DNA of 52,944 nucleotides from Minisyncoccota bacterium (lineage in GTDB: Bacteria; Patescibacteriota; Minisyncoccia; Phycocordibacterales; UBA918), in the NCBI GenBank assembly GCA_937975855.1, contig CALJTT010000005.1, positions 1-52,944 of the forward strand, read 5' to 3'. The first letter of the stretch is position 1. Each line of letters opens with the position of its first letter. Both the position numbers and the translations under genes were made by a program. Under the pieces are notes generated by a model that saw only the letters and a list, made by a program, of their open reading frames with translations, did no database searches and was not told where the DNA came from. This document shows, piece after piece, positions 9,578 through 19,039 of the stretch.

Positions 9578-9880
9578 ATGGCTATTTTACTTAAAAACTT
9601 GCTCGCCTCTCTATTACTAGCTTTCGTTATGGGAATGTTTGTGACAACAGTTCATGCAAATGAAGGAGGAGCTGGGGAATTTAATTTTCAGCAACACTTA
9701 GATAGCGAGGAGATCGAGAATACAAATACAAGTGTTGAAGAAGAAAATCATGATCACAGTTCGCACGACCATGGTTCAGACGAAGAGATAGCGAAACTCA
9801 AAGCACAGGTGCGAGTCCTGATGGAAAAATTAATTGAGTTGTTGACAGCTCAGTTGGCAAAGCAGAATGCTGGTCAGTAG
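9578..9880 (+). CDS. Secreted His-rich small protein with C-terminal coiled coil
   Basis: Signal peptide ending VHA; NHDHSSHDHGS tract. Confidence 0.7.
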   Translation: MAILLKNLLASLLLAFVMGMFVTTVHANEGGAGEFNFQQHLDSEEIENTNTSVEEENHDHSSHDHGSDEEIAKLKAQVRVLMEKLIELLTAQLAKQNAGQ

Positions 9881-9934
9881 TTGCGCAGAACAAAAAGAAC
9901 GGCGGCCGATGGCCGCCGTTCTTTTTGTTTGTCT

Positions 9935-12376
9935 CTATACTGATGCCAGTTCTACGTCTGCACTAGTCAGGTTTATCGTGCCTCCCTTTTGGATTGCTCC
10001 GGCGATGATCTTGCTAGCGACTGCTTCTTCGATTACATCTTGGATGACACGTTGCATCGGGCGAGCACCGAATTCTGGGTGGTAGCCTCGCTCGACTAGT
10101 ATCTGCAATAGTTCGTCCGAGACTTGCAGTTCGTAGCCTTGATCTTTAACTCGTTCATATAGTCCCTTCAACATCATGCCGGCGACCTGGAATTGTTCGC
10201 CGCGGTTAAGTGGTTCAAATATAATAGTGCTGTCAAACCGGTTGATAAGCTCGGGTCGGTAGATGCCGTCACGGATTATCTTTTGGATGATCTCGTCGTT
10301 TAGGTGGTCTAGTTCTTTTCGGTTTTGGACTGTTTCGAGGATGAGCTTGCTACCGGCGTTACTGGTTGCAATGATGATGCAGTTACGTGCGTTGATTACT
10401 TGTCCTCGACCGTCGGTGAATTTTCCTTCGTCTAGTACCTGCAGAAAGATGTCGTGTACCGGCTGGGCGGCTTTCTCAAACTCGTCGAGCAGAACCACGC
10501 TGTACGGATGCTCACGCATGAGTGAAGGTAATACCCCAGCGTGTTCGCTGGTTCCAACTAGACGTTCGACCGCGTCGACACCGCTGTACTCCGACATGTC
10601 GAGTCGGCGCAATGTATGTTCCCCACCAAAGAAAACTGTTGCCAACGCTTTAGCCGTCTCGGTCTTCCCTACACCAGTTGGCCCAAGGAACAGGAATGAC
10701 CCAATTGGCTTTTCGCTTGACTGAATCCCGGCCCGCGCCCGGCGCATTGTGCCGGCGATGGCGTTCAGGGCATTTTGCTGGCCAATGACTAGTCGGTGCA
10801 AGTTGTCCTCTAGGTGCATCAGCTGGTCTCGCTCTTCTTCACCGATTGGGCCGGCTGGCATGCCGGTACGTTCGTTGATGACCTCGTAGACTAGATCCTC
10901 GGTGACTACACTTACACCGTTGCCGGTAGCTTTGCTATTAACACCAAGCAAGAGAGAGATCGCCTTGTCAGGCATGACTCCCTCAACGATGTAACGGTCG
11001 GCTGCCTCGGCGACTGCAACTAGTGCCCCGTAGGTAATAAGCGAGTTATTTTTTCGTTCTTCTTGCAGTGCGATTTTCTGTAGGACTCGAACGGTGGCAC
11101 TTCGGTCAGGGGTTTCGATTAATACTTCGGAGAAACGCCGTACAAACCCACCAAGAGTCTCGAGGTGCGAGTGGTACGCGCTGGGAGTATCAGTTGCGAT
11201 AAAGTGAATGTTCTGTAGTCCCAAATACTGGTCGATCAGTTCTGGCACGTACACGCCCAACGCTTCGGCTTCTTTAATAAACGTACTGAGGTTTTCGATC
11301 ACCACAATGATGTGGCCAGCCCTGGTCGCCTCGTCGAACATAGTGAGTAGTGTTAGCTCGAGTGATTGCTTGTCTTTGTGCGCAGCGAACAAGCGATTGG
11401 TGTCTAGTACATATATATGTTCGCCGGTTAGTGAGTCGATTGATTGGCCGCTTTTCATTCGGCGCGCGACCTCCATCACCAGGTCGATTTTTCCAACGCC
11501 GGCTTCACCAACAATTAAGACGTTGCTGGCTTTGCCTTGGGCCAGGATGCCCTCGATCTTCTCCACCTTTTCTGCGGCAAAAGCGCTGTCGCGGGTAAGA
11601 GTAGAAAAAACCGCGCTGGTGCGAATGTCCCGAGAGAACTTCTTTAGTTGATATGCAATACCGTAAGACAGCTCGGTACCGACGCCTTCAGTTTTAGACA
11701 AGTTGTCACGACTCCACCACCGGGAAAATCTTTTATTCTCGTGATAAGTTCCCACTACCCAACGTAGCGACCCCAGGAATATTTCTTCACGAATGCCGTG
11801 CTGTTTTAACATCTCTGCAAAGGCAACGTCGTTTTGCAGGATGTATTTTCCGAGTCCGATCAAACTAAAGACTTCCTCTTCTGGCAGTGCCACCATCGCC
11901 GCGGTGATCTGTTGTCGCGGGTTGGTTAAATAGTTTTGGATTGACTCTAGCGGCACGTTCGATCGCAACAGAACCGTCTGACCAAAAGTCGATGTAGCAA
12001 AAGCGTGCGCGATGTCGTCTTCTTTCTTGAGAATCGTTCGGGCGACTTCGTATGTCACGCCGCTGATCGGACGCTCTTCGATCCCGAGGATAGAAGTTAA
12101 CCCTTTGAAGTAGTAGCTGTTGTGATAACACTTGGCCAAAAACGCGTCGAGCCATAGCGCTAATCCCATCAGTGAAATTCCGGCTGCGACGTTGCGATAT
12201 TCAGTCAGGCCCGGTACGAGTGTCGGTGCAAAAAAGGATACAGCTGTAGCAACAGTGCCAAGCAAGAAAGCAAAAAATCCTAGGTGCCGCAGCCGATCGA
12301 GAGCGCGCCGGCTGACGAGCCTTTCCAGCGCCACTGCTGGCTGATATTGTCTGATGTCGTCTTGCAGGGTTTTCAT
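9935..12376 (-). CDS. ClpA/B-like AAA+ ATPase with N-terminal TM helices
   Basis: D2 motifs GPTGVGKT, RLDMSEY, LLDEFEK, RPELINRFD, GARP; D1 GEAGVGKID is degenerate. Confidence 0.9.
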   Translation of the reverse strand: MKTLQDDIRQYQPAVALERLVSRRALDRLRHLGFFAFLLGTVATAVSFFAPTLVPGLTEYRNVAAGISLMGLALWLDAFLAKCYHNSYYFKGLTSILGIEERPISGVTYEVARTILKKEDDIAHAFATSTFGQTVLLRSNVPLESIQNYLTNPRQQITAAMVALPEEEVFSLIGLGKYILQNDVAFAEMLKQHGIREEIFLGSLRWVVGTYHENKRFSRWWSRDNLSKTEGVGTELSYGIAYQLKKFSRDIRTSAVFSTLTRDSAFAAEKVEKIEGILAQGKASNVLIVGEAGVGKIDLVMEVARRMKSGQSIDSLTGEHIYVLDTNRLFAAHKDKQSLELTLLTMFDEATRAGHIIVVIENLSTFIKEAEALGVYVPELIDQYLGLQNIHFIATDTPSAYHSHLETLGGFVRRFSEVLIETPDRSATVRVLQKIALQEERKNNSLITYGALVAVAEAADRYIVEGVMPDKAISLLLGVNSKATGNGVSVVTEDLVYEVINERTGMPAGPIGEEERDQLMHLEDNLHRLVIGQQNALNAIAGTMRRARAGIQSSEKPIGSFLFLGPTGVGKTETAKALATVFFGGEHTLRRLDMSEYSGVDAVERLVGTSEHAGVLPSLMREHPYSVVLLDEFEKAAQPVHDIFLQVLDEGKFTDGRGQVINARNCIIIATSNAGSKLILETVQNRKELDHLNDEIIQKIIRDGIYRPELINRFDSTIIFEPLNRGEQFQVAGMMLKGLYERVKDQGYELQVSDELLQILVERGYHPEFGARPMQRVIQDVIEEAVASKIIAGAIQKGGTINLTSADVELASV

Positions 12377-12768
12377 ATGGTGATTAAAAACAAACTAAGA
12401 CTGCCTCCGACCAGGCCAATGATAATAACGGGCAGTAATATCCAAGTGATGTAAATGAGCATCCCCACACAGAATGTGACCAACAGCGCGACTAGTCCTA
12501 TTAGTATGAGTACTGTCCGCACAATCGCCCCAATAACTCGTGACAGTATATTGATGACAACAAAGCCAGCCAGGTCTTCAAAATTCCAGGTGTTGCCGCG
12601 ACCCTCAGTCACTCGTTTGAACGGCGCAAACCACGACCGCATCAGTTGTGGAATAGAAAAGAAGTGAACGACAAACCAAAGATAGTTGCGCCACACACCA
12701 CCGATCTCCCGCCAGGCCCGAGTATAGTGCCAAACAAAGTAGTCGTATATGATGAGTGGGAGGAACAT
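12373..12768 (-). CDS. Small membrane protein translationally coupled to the Clp ATPase
   Basis: Hydrophobic and Trp-rich; 4-nt ATGA overlap with the Clp gene. Confidence 0.85.
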   Translation of the reverse strand: MFLPLIIYDYFVWHYTRAWREIGGVWRNYLWFVVHFFSIPQLMRSWFAPFKRVTEGRGNTWNFEDLAGFVVINILSRVIGAIVRTVLILIGLVALLVTFCVGMLIYITWILLPVIIIGLVGGSLSLFLITI

Positions 12769-12903
12769 TACAAATAGTATATCAAATAAAAAGACCGCGG
12801 CTTACCACGGACTTTCCTCTCCTGAGAACTGGTGTCGCAGTTCTCGGGCGTGCATAGCTCTTCTCGGCTATATCTTTTTTGTTGATTTTTGTTTTGCCTG
12901 CTC

Positions 12904-13500
12904 CTAATCCTTTTTTGTTCGGGCACTTTCCTCCTTCAATTCTTCAGTAGAGAATGTTGTGAGACCAACAATGACTAGGATCACAAATATGATCCACAAT
13001 AGCCAGCTGGTTCTGGTATAGGTTCGTGTAGCCGAGAAGCTTTCGAGCGAGCCTTCGATTTTCGAACTAAACGTTAGACTTCTCCAGGACGGATGCTTTA
13101 AGGCGAAGTCGGTGTTGTTTACGGCCCAGGTTGTCGTCCAGCCACCGTCCTCGTCTCTTTCATGGTTGAGTTTTGTAGCGTAGGAAACCCTGATGACAGG
13201 ATCCTCGGCTTGTTCTTTGCATGTACGCGTTTTTTTATCACGTTTCAAGCAGAGCAACATCTGTTTAACACCTACGTGTACGACGCGACCATCTACAGAG
13301 AGTTGTTTTATTTTCGCCACCGTCACGTTTTGGCTGGTTCCATGACTTGAAGTCAGCCAGTTTACTTTAGTTTTTTCGTAGTTCTCCGGTTTCCAGAAAT
13401 CCTCACTGATATCATGTGGAGGTGTGGCACGAAAATTAGAGATTGCTACAACCGCCGCTAAAGAAAGAAAAAAACAACCGAAAATTTTTGAAAGTGACAT
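12904..13500 (-). CDS. Hypothetical membrane protein
   Basis: N- and C-terminal TM segments; TTGACA-17-TATAAC promoter upstream. Confidence 0.7.
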   Translation of the reverse strand: MSLSKIFGCFFLSLAAVVAISNFRATPPHDISEDFWKPENYEKTKVNWLTSSHGTSQNVTVAKIKQLSVDGRVVHVGVKQMLLCLKRDKKTRTCKEQAEDPVIRVSYATKLNHERDEDGGWTTTWAVNNTDFALKHPSWRSLTFSSKIEGSLESFSATRTYTRTSWLLWIIFVILVIVGLTTFSTEELKEESARTKKD

Positions 13501-13642
13501 TCTATGCCCCCTTAGATAAAAACAAAACGATCCAACCGCGCCGGATCTTCTATGTTTGTTATAGCGGTTGCATTTTTGTTTGTCAATGAAAAGAAAACCG
13601 GCGCGCCCTTAGGCTACGCCGGTTTTCTTTAACTCTTACAGC

Positions 13643-13900
13643 TTACGCTGCTGCCTCTTCGGCTGGAGCGTCGTCGTTTGCTGCGTCATCTGCTGGTGCA
13701 GCGGCTGCTTTTGTTACGTTGGCTGCAGCTGGTCCTTTCGGTCCTTCTTCGATGTCGAAAGTCACTGTGTCGCCTTCGTTGATTTCGTCAAAGCCTTCGC
13801 CTTGAACTGAAGTTGCGTGAAAGAATACGTCCTTTTCACCTTCTTCTGGTTTGATAAATCCGAAACCTTGGTCTCGCTTGCTGATGATTGTTCCTCGCAT
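13643..13900 (-). CDS. cspA: Cold-shock domain protein with Ala/Asp-rich tail
   Basis: GFGFI, DVFFH, GPKGPAAANV. Confidence 0.93.
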   Translation of the reverse strand: MRGTIISKRDQGFGFIKPEEGEKDVFFHATSVQGEGFDEINEGDTVTFDIEEGPKGPAAANVTKAAAAPADDAANDDAPAEEAAA

Positions 13901-14013
13901 GTTGTTCTTTTTATGTTTTTATAAACAAAACGTCACTTCTCCTCTCTAGTGGTGGATTGGTTTTAGCAATGCTTTGTTATTGGTAGTAAACCACAGTGGG
14001 AATAGTTTGCAAG

Positions 14014-14655
14014 CTAAAATTTCGTTGTTTCGTCGTTTAGCAACGGCACGAACTCGATTCCCGCTTCGTCTAACTGACCAGCAAACAGTCCGTGAGTCAG
14101 TGCTATTCCTGCTTCACTTAACACTGCATCGTGTATGGGAAAAGCTTTCTCAGGTTTTACTTCTTTGGCGTAGCGAATGGCGTCGCTAGCTTTGCACCAC
14201 GGCCCGGCCACTGGCAGTGCTAGAACCCGAACGGGTTTTTCTGGGTTTGTGTATGCGTCGCCTGGGTAGAACAGTTCGTTGTTTATAAAGTAGCCTGTGT
14301 TTTGCACTATCCCGTACTCGTCAATGATCTCGACATGTTCACCGTCGAATGCTTCGATGGCGATTCCTTCATGGTCGGCTGTATCGCGACCTTCGACGAC
14401 TGTAAACGTGACACCAAGATCAGTCAGAACCTTCCCGACACTGGTATTTGTCATGACGATAGCGTTAGGATTTTTCTCAAGCATTGCTTGTAGTGACTCA
14501 CTGTGTAAATGATCAGCGTGTTCGTGGGTGATGAGAATCAGGTCGATGTTCTCAACCTCGTTTTGACTGGTACTGAACTTGCCCGGGTCAGTAAGGATCC
14601 GCTTCCCAGCTACTTCGACCAGTAGGCAGCATTGTCCGTATTTGGTGATTTGCAT
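14014..14655 (-). CDS. MBL-fold metallo-hydrolase
   Basis: THEHADH, ILTDPG, YPGDA, PIHD. Confidence 0.9.
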   Translation of the reverse strand: MQITKYGQCCLLVEVAGKRILTDPGKFSTSQNEVENIDLILITHEHADHLHSESLQAMLEKNPNAIVMTNTSVGKVLTDLGVTFTVVEGRDTADHEGIAIEAFDGEHVEIIDEYGIVQNTGYFINNELFYPGDAYTNPEKPVRVLALPVAGPWCKASDAIRYAKEVKPEKAFPIHDAVLSEAGIALTHGLFAGQLDEAGIEFVPLLNDETTKF

Positions 14656-14667
14656 AATTTAAATTTA

Positions 14668-15024
14668 CTACTTATCAGACCACACCGCTAACTCGTTCCC
14701 ACTCGGGTCGGTGAAATGAAAACGGCGGCCGCCGGGAAAGGAAAAGATTTCGTTGACGATTGTACCGCCTGCTGTGCGGACGCTGGCTTCGCTCTCTGCC
14801 AGATCGTCGGCATATAGGATTGGGGTTGTGCTCCCCTTTAAGACTTCACCAATATAAAATCCGCCGTCGATGTGGTCACCTTTGAAGTCGATGTAGGACA
14901 GTTTGTCACCGTCAAAGTAGTCAGTGAATTTCCAATCGAAAGCTTTTGAATAAAAGTCTTTGATCGAGTCAAAGTCCGTACAGGCAAATTCGATGTACTG
15001 GATCTGTTGGTTGATGAGTTTCAT
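14668..15024 (-). CDS. VOC/glyoxalase family protein
   Basis: YIEF...FPGGRRFHFTDPSGNELAVWS. Confidence 0.92.
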   Translation of the reverse strand: MKLINQQIQYIEFACTDFDSIKDFYSKAFDWKFTDYFDGDKLSYIDFKGDHIDGGFYIGEVLKGSTTPILYADDLAESEASVRTAGGTIVNEIFSFPGGRRFHFTDPSGNELAVWSDK

Positions 15025-15049
15025 ATAGATAGATTACGATTTAACAAAC

Positions 15050-15490
15050 TTACTTTTGGTGACGCGCTGGGTCGAATTGCTCAAGTAGCAGCTCGACATT
15101 TGGAAATAATTTGAACTGATCAGCGTTGTCTTTACCTAGCCAGTCGATCGCGATGCATTCGTCTGACGGCGTGAAGTCAAGATGTTCGAGAATGGTCTCA
15201 TAACAAACATTTGATCCCCATTTGGGCTTGTATCTGATCAAGATGTCACCGGCTACAAAATAAGAAGGATGGTCGGCAATCCAGCTGGCCTGCAGTCCCA
15301 TCTCTTCCTGTAGCTCTCGTTGTAATTCGTCAGCGGGCTTGGCTCCCCAGTCCAATCCTCCCCCGGGCAAGTCCCACATGTCCGTGTCTTCGTTGCGAGC
15401 AACTAAAAACTTGTCACGCGTTTCGTTCAACACTAACGCCTTGACGCTGATGCGATAAAAGCATTCCGGCACCTCAGTAATATTATTCAT
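15050..15490 (-). CDS. NUDIX hydrolase
   Basis: LPGGGLDWG...RELQEEMGL Nudix box. Confidence 0.9.
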   Translation of the reverse strand: MNNITEVPECFYRISVKALVLNETRDKFLVARNEDTDMWDLPGGGLDWGAKPADELQRELQEEMGLQASWIADHPSYFVAGDILIRYKPKWGSNVCYETILEHLDFTPSDECIAIDWLGKDNADQFKLFPNVELLLEQFDPARHQK

Positions 15491-15529
15491 ATGTTCAGCC
15501 TACCGCATCAACATAATCGCGGCAATTGG

Positions 15530-16147
15530 TTAGTGATTGTGTTGCTCTTGCTCAAACACGTGCGCTGAGTCAGCTGGCGAGTCGGGACTGAGTAACAGTA
15601 ATTCGCAATTTCCAAAGTGGAAGTCTGTTAACACTTCCTTCCATTCTAGGTTGTAATATGCAGCGTAGAGCATTTTCCCGATGTCACCATGGGTGACAAG
15701 TAAAATAGATCCAGCATGATGTTTGTTTTGTAGCTCGTGTAAAAGTTCCTGTGCTCGCTTGATTACATCAGGAAACGTCTCTCCTCCTTCAGGTGAAAGG
15801 AAATATGTAATGACATCAGTTTCAATAATATTAGGACTACAGAGCTCTTTGATCGACGAGATCGGCTTTCCGCTCATTGTGCCGAAGTCTCTCTCAATCA
15901 AGTCTGGGTGAACAGTCGGCTTCTCTTGATCTAAAGTTTCGCAAATAATCTCTGCTGTGTGTTTAGCCCTCTCCAAGGGTGAACAATAAACAGCGTCAAA
16001 CTTGAGTCCGGTTTCTTTTATATGTGCTGCAGTAGTCTTGGCTTATTCTAAACCAAGCTCAGTCAAAGGTTCGTCCCGGTGCCCGTTGAGTATCCCGTTG
16101 GCGTTGTCGACGTTTTGTCCGTGGCGAGCGATGTAGATGTTAAGCAT
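15530..16147 (-). pseudogene. Histidine phosphatase (PGAM family) with in-frame TAA at codon 35
   Basis: MLNIYIARHGQ...LTELGLE*AKT...SPLERA...VTHG in a single frame; stop at 16043-16045. Confidence 0.85.
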
Positions 16148-16222
16148 AATTCGAGTATAGCATCAGCTTGTCGATAGCGTGTGAAAGGAGTATTGTAAAC
16201 AAAATCAGAGGGGACTACAGGC

Positions 16223-16420
16223 ATGTGTAACATCCGTTCGTTTCTTTTTGTGACGTTCTTCTCGTTCTTTCCAAGCGTCACAACAACAGCAGAAGAAGGC
16301 CACACCCTTCCGCATGTCGTGATCGCGGCCGACCAAAGTGGCAGTATGCACTCGAGTAAAAATATCCGCGTTCAAACCACAGCTATCATCAACGCGGTAG
16401 AAAAATATCTGACGATGTGT
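16223..16420 (+). pseudogene. N-terminal fragment of a secreted vWA-domain protein
   Basis: Signal peptide plus VVIAADQSGSM (DxSxS MIDAS), then runs into the antisense of a NUDIX gene. Confidence 0.6.
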
Positions 16421-16638
16421 TCCTGTGTCCAGTCGGCTGGGCCGACCAGTGTGATGTCGAGACCAGCCTCTTCCATCGCTTCTCTTTTAACTGCTTCATT
16501 CGGGTCTTCCCCTGGATCGACGTGTCCGCCTGGTCCATACCAACGTTTGTATTTGTCGTGCATGCGCAGAAGAACTGCATCGTCATTAACAATAAATACT
16601 TCAACACAAAGGTCGAGTGCGTAGTGTAAGTGGGCCAT
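16421..16638 (-). pseudogene. 3'-truncated NUDIX hydrolase
   Basis: PGGHVDPGEDPNEAVKREAMEEAGL Nudix box, but only ~72 NUDIX-like residues. Confidence 0.7.
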
Positions 16639-16647
16639 AGAATTTAA

Positions 16648-17190
16648 TTATACCTGAGTCTGTAAAAATTCTCGCACTGCCTCGATCGGTTTAATTTTTA
16701 AATACGTCTCGTAGTTGTCTTCTTCGTTTAGTTCGGCGCGAGTAACAGTGTGTCCGTCGGGGATGTATATCACGTCCCAGCCGAACGCTTCTCCGTCGTA
16801 CGGATGTTCTGGGATCGTACCAGCATGTTCACCGCTCCAGTATTTTTCTACGGTACCGTCGTAGTAGCCGTACGTGCATTTCGCTACACAGCCCCGACCC
16901 TTGCCGTCGACCAGGCGACACAGTTCTTCGTACCCCAGCTCTTCCACAAACGATTTTATATAAGTGCCAGGCAGTCTGCCCATGGCTTCAAACTCGAGGG
17001 ATACGTCTTCGACTAATACCGGCTCGCCCACCAGCTTGTAGGCCTGATGAACTTTATGTTGCATAATCTCTTGCTGGTCGAGAGACTGAATTTCCTCCAG
17101 GTCAACTTTCTGATGTTTGATCGGAAGTCCCAAAAGTTTCTCCAAGTAGTCAGCTTTGTTTTGATTGCCGGTTATAAAGGTGACGTTCAT
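16648..17190 (-). CDS. Non-canonical purine NTP pyrophosphatase (ITPase/Ham1)
   Basis: FITGNQNK, VEDVSL, LPGTYIK, FGWD. Confidence 0.92.
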   Translation of the reverse strand: MNVTFITGNQNKADYLEKLLGLPIKHQKVDLEEIQSLDQQEIMQHKVHQAYKLVGEPVLVEDVSLEFEAMGRLPGTYIKSFVEELGYEELCRLVDGKGRGCVAKCTYGYYDGTVEKYWSGEHAGTIPEHPYDGEAFGWDVIYIPDGHTVTRAELNEEDNYETYLKIKPIEAVREFLQTQV

Positions 17191-17193
17191 AAA

Positions 17194-17718
17194 CTATTTG
17201 AAACGCAATTCTCCCCCTTCAAGCAATTCGAATCCTTTTAGTGTAGTTAAGTATTCAGGGTCTTCGCCAGTCTCGTGATCGGAAAATTCTTCCGCCACAA
17301 CTTCTTTCTTGCGATCAAGAATATCTTGCTTGGTGAACCATTCGAACATCGAGTGATCCTCGGGATCGAGCTTGATTTGATCGATTGGCTCTACAAACTG
17401 GGCAAAGTAGATGACTTCTATAGAGTGTGAACCTTTCACGTCGTTCATGTACGTGAACGAACCAAACGGGTCGCCGACGGTGATGGTCATTCCAAGCTCT
17501 TCTGTGATTTCGCGCTTGAGACCGGCGACGATGTCTTCACCAAAGTCCACGTGCCCGCCTGGCAGTTCGAATACTCCGGGCAGGAAAGCTTTGGTGTCGG
17601 CTCGTTTGGGCATAAATAATTTATGCTCGCCATTAAATTCTTGATGGATAAAGCCGCAGGCGCTGATCACCTGTTGTCCGTGTGCCGGGGTGGCACTGTC
17701 GTGAGATGTTTTAGTCAT
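17194..17718 (-). CDS. NUDIX hydrolase
   Basis: LPGGHVDFGE...KREITEELG. Confidence 0.9.
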   Translation of the reverse strand: MTKTSHDSATPAHGQQVISACGFIHQEFNGEHKLFMPKRADTKAFLPGVFELPGGHVDFGEDIVAGLKREITEELGMTITVGDPFGSFTYMNDVKGSHSIEVIYFAQFVEPIDQIKLDPEDHSMFEWFTKQDILDRKKEVVAEEFSDHETGEDPEYLTTLKGFELLEGGELRFK

Positions 17719-17816
17719 ACTCAATTATATTAAATTTTGTAAGAGATACCACGGTGCGTTACCGCCGGCGCTGTAGTGATCTCAATGTAGCATTAGCTGA
17801 CGATCTTGCCTAGCGC

Positions 17817-17981
17817 TTGCCCTGCCAGTATTCCTTTGCTACTGTGCGGGTATGACATTGTTTCAAGTCATCGCAGCGCAGCATCATATTCCCGCACCAA
17901 CAGGCGGGACTGGTTTGCGTTGATCTTGAAATGAATACTCTCACAAGATGAACGTAACCCCCTCCCGCGTGGAGGGGGTTT
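17817..17981 (+). promoter_or_regulatory. Leader-peptide attenuator (Gln-His-His leader)
   Basis: TTGCCC-17-TACTGT promoter; 1:2 TCCCGC/GCGGGA; 2:3 17904-17928 with 17944-17968; 3:4 AACCCCCTCC/GGAGGGGGTT. Confidence 0.72.
17852..17923 (+). CDS. Leader peptide MTLFQVIAAQHHIPAPTGGTGLR (23 aa)
   Basis: ATG 6 nt after the -10 box (leaderless); overlaps segments 1 and 2. Confidence 0.65.
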   Translation: MTLFQVIAAQHHIPAPTGGTGLR

Positions 17982-18036
17982 GCCGTTGCGCCTATGAAAG
18001 CAACTACAGTTCATTAGAGAAGAAGGAGTGTCAGCG

Positions 18037-18936
18037 ATGACACCAGCAGAACAAGTCGAGCGGTACTTTTGGGGGACGACAGCACAATCGGACCATATTG
18101 GGGCCGAGGTCGAAACGTCGTTTATAACCAGTGGAGGAATTCCGATTTCTCTGGATGTGTCACAGCGCATCATGCGTGACCTGGTTAACAATGGGGGGTG
18201 GCGCGTTGGCGATACAAAGAATGATGGAGAGTTCATCGCAACTGTCGTCAGTCCGTTTGGCGACGTGCTGTCGTATGAGTTGGGTCGACAGAATCTTGAG
18301 TTGGCGACAGTGCCAGTCGATCCGGCTGGTCTGATTGCTCACACTCGCAAGCAGCTGGATGTTGTCTATCGGGTTGCTGCAAAGCACGATGCCTACCCGC
18401 ACTTTGCGCCAATACTCGATACGAACGAAGATTTGTTGGCATTGCCAGACAAGCGCGACGTCACATGGCTGACTCTCGACGGTCGTTCGGCACTTCGACC
18501 GCTGGCTACCATTTCGTCAGTGCAGTTTACGCTGCCGGTTACCGTCGATACAGCAATACCAATTCTTAACCGTTTTGGTGCCCAAGTTGCTGAGTTTCTG
18601 GCGGACTATCCTCAGGAAGATGTGTGGTATCAGTACGTCGCTGAGTCGTCGGCTGGTTACCGGTCGGATCGCTACGGTGGTCCGTCACACTTCGAATCGC
18701 TCGCAGACTATTGCCAACAGCTTGTTCAACACGATGTTGTCGTTGATACAAAGTTGGTGCCGATGGCACAAGTCGACACTCTAGACATTCCCTTGTTCCT
18801 TCGGTCGGTGTGGTGGTATTCCCGTTTGCGGAAACACGGTGACCAACTGTGTGTCGAGGTGAGGCCGTTGCCCCGCCGCGGTGACGACCAACTAGACCAC
18901 CAACTACAGCGCGTTCTAGCAGTTGCGCGCGGATAA
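18037..18936 (+). CDS. Glutamate-cysteine ligase-like carboxylate-amine ligase
   Basis: IGAEVE, SYELGRQNLELAT, SSVQF, VEVRPLP; AAGGAG SD 8 nt before ATG 18037. Confidence 0.75.
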   Translation: MTPAEQVERYFWGTTAQSDHIGAEVETSFITSGGIPISLDVSQRIMRDLVNNGGWRVGDTKNDGEFIATVVSPFGDVLSYELGRQNLELATVPVDPAGLIAHTRKQLDVVYRVAAKHDAYPHFAPILDTNEDLLALPDKRDVTWLTLDGRSALRPLATISSVQFTLPVTVDTAIPILNRFGAQVAEFLADYPQEDVWYQYVAESSAGYRSDRYGGPSHFESLADYCQQLVQHDVVVDTKLVPMAQVDTLDIPLFLRSVWWYSRLRKHGDQLCVEVRPLPRRGDDQLDHQLQRVLAVARG

Positions 18937-19039
18937 CAATCGGAGGAGCTAAACCGGCTCCTCCCCTTTCTCGAGGTTTGCATCTGACTGATGGAAGTCT
19001 CGACGAAGGTTATATAATCAAAACTCACAACAATTCCCC

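Noticed and set aside
12808-12819. GAGGAAAGTCCG on the minus strand after a hairpin, resembling the RNase P RNA 5' conserved region
   Set aside because: Only ~40 nt remain before the next gene, there is no 3' AGAACCCGGCTTA-like partner, and the motif forms the arm of a terminator-like stem.
16043-16045. Stop-codon reassignment
   Set aside because: TAA, TAG and TGA all terminate intact genes elsewhere in the window.
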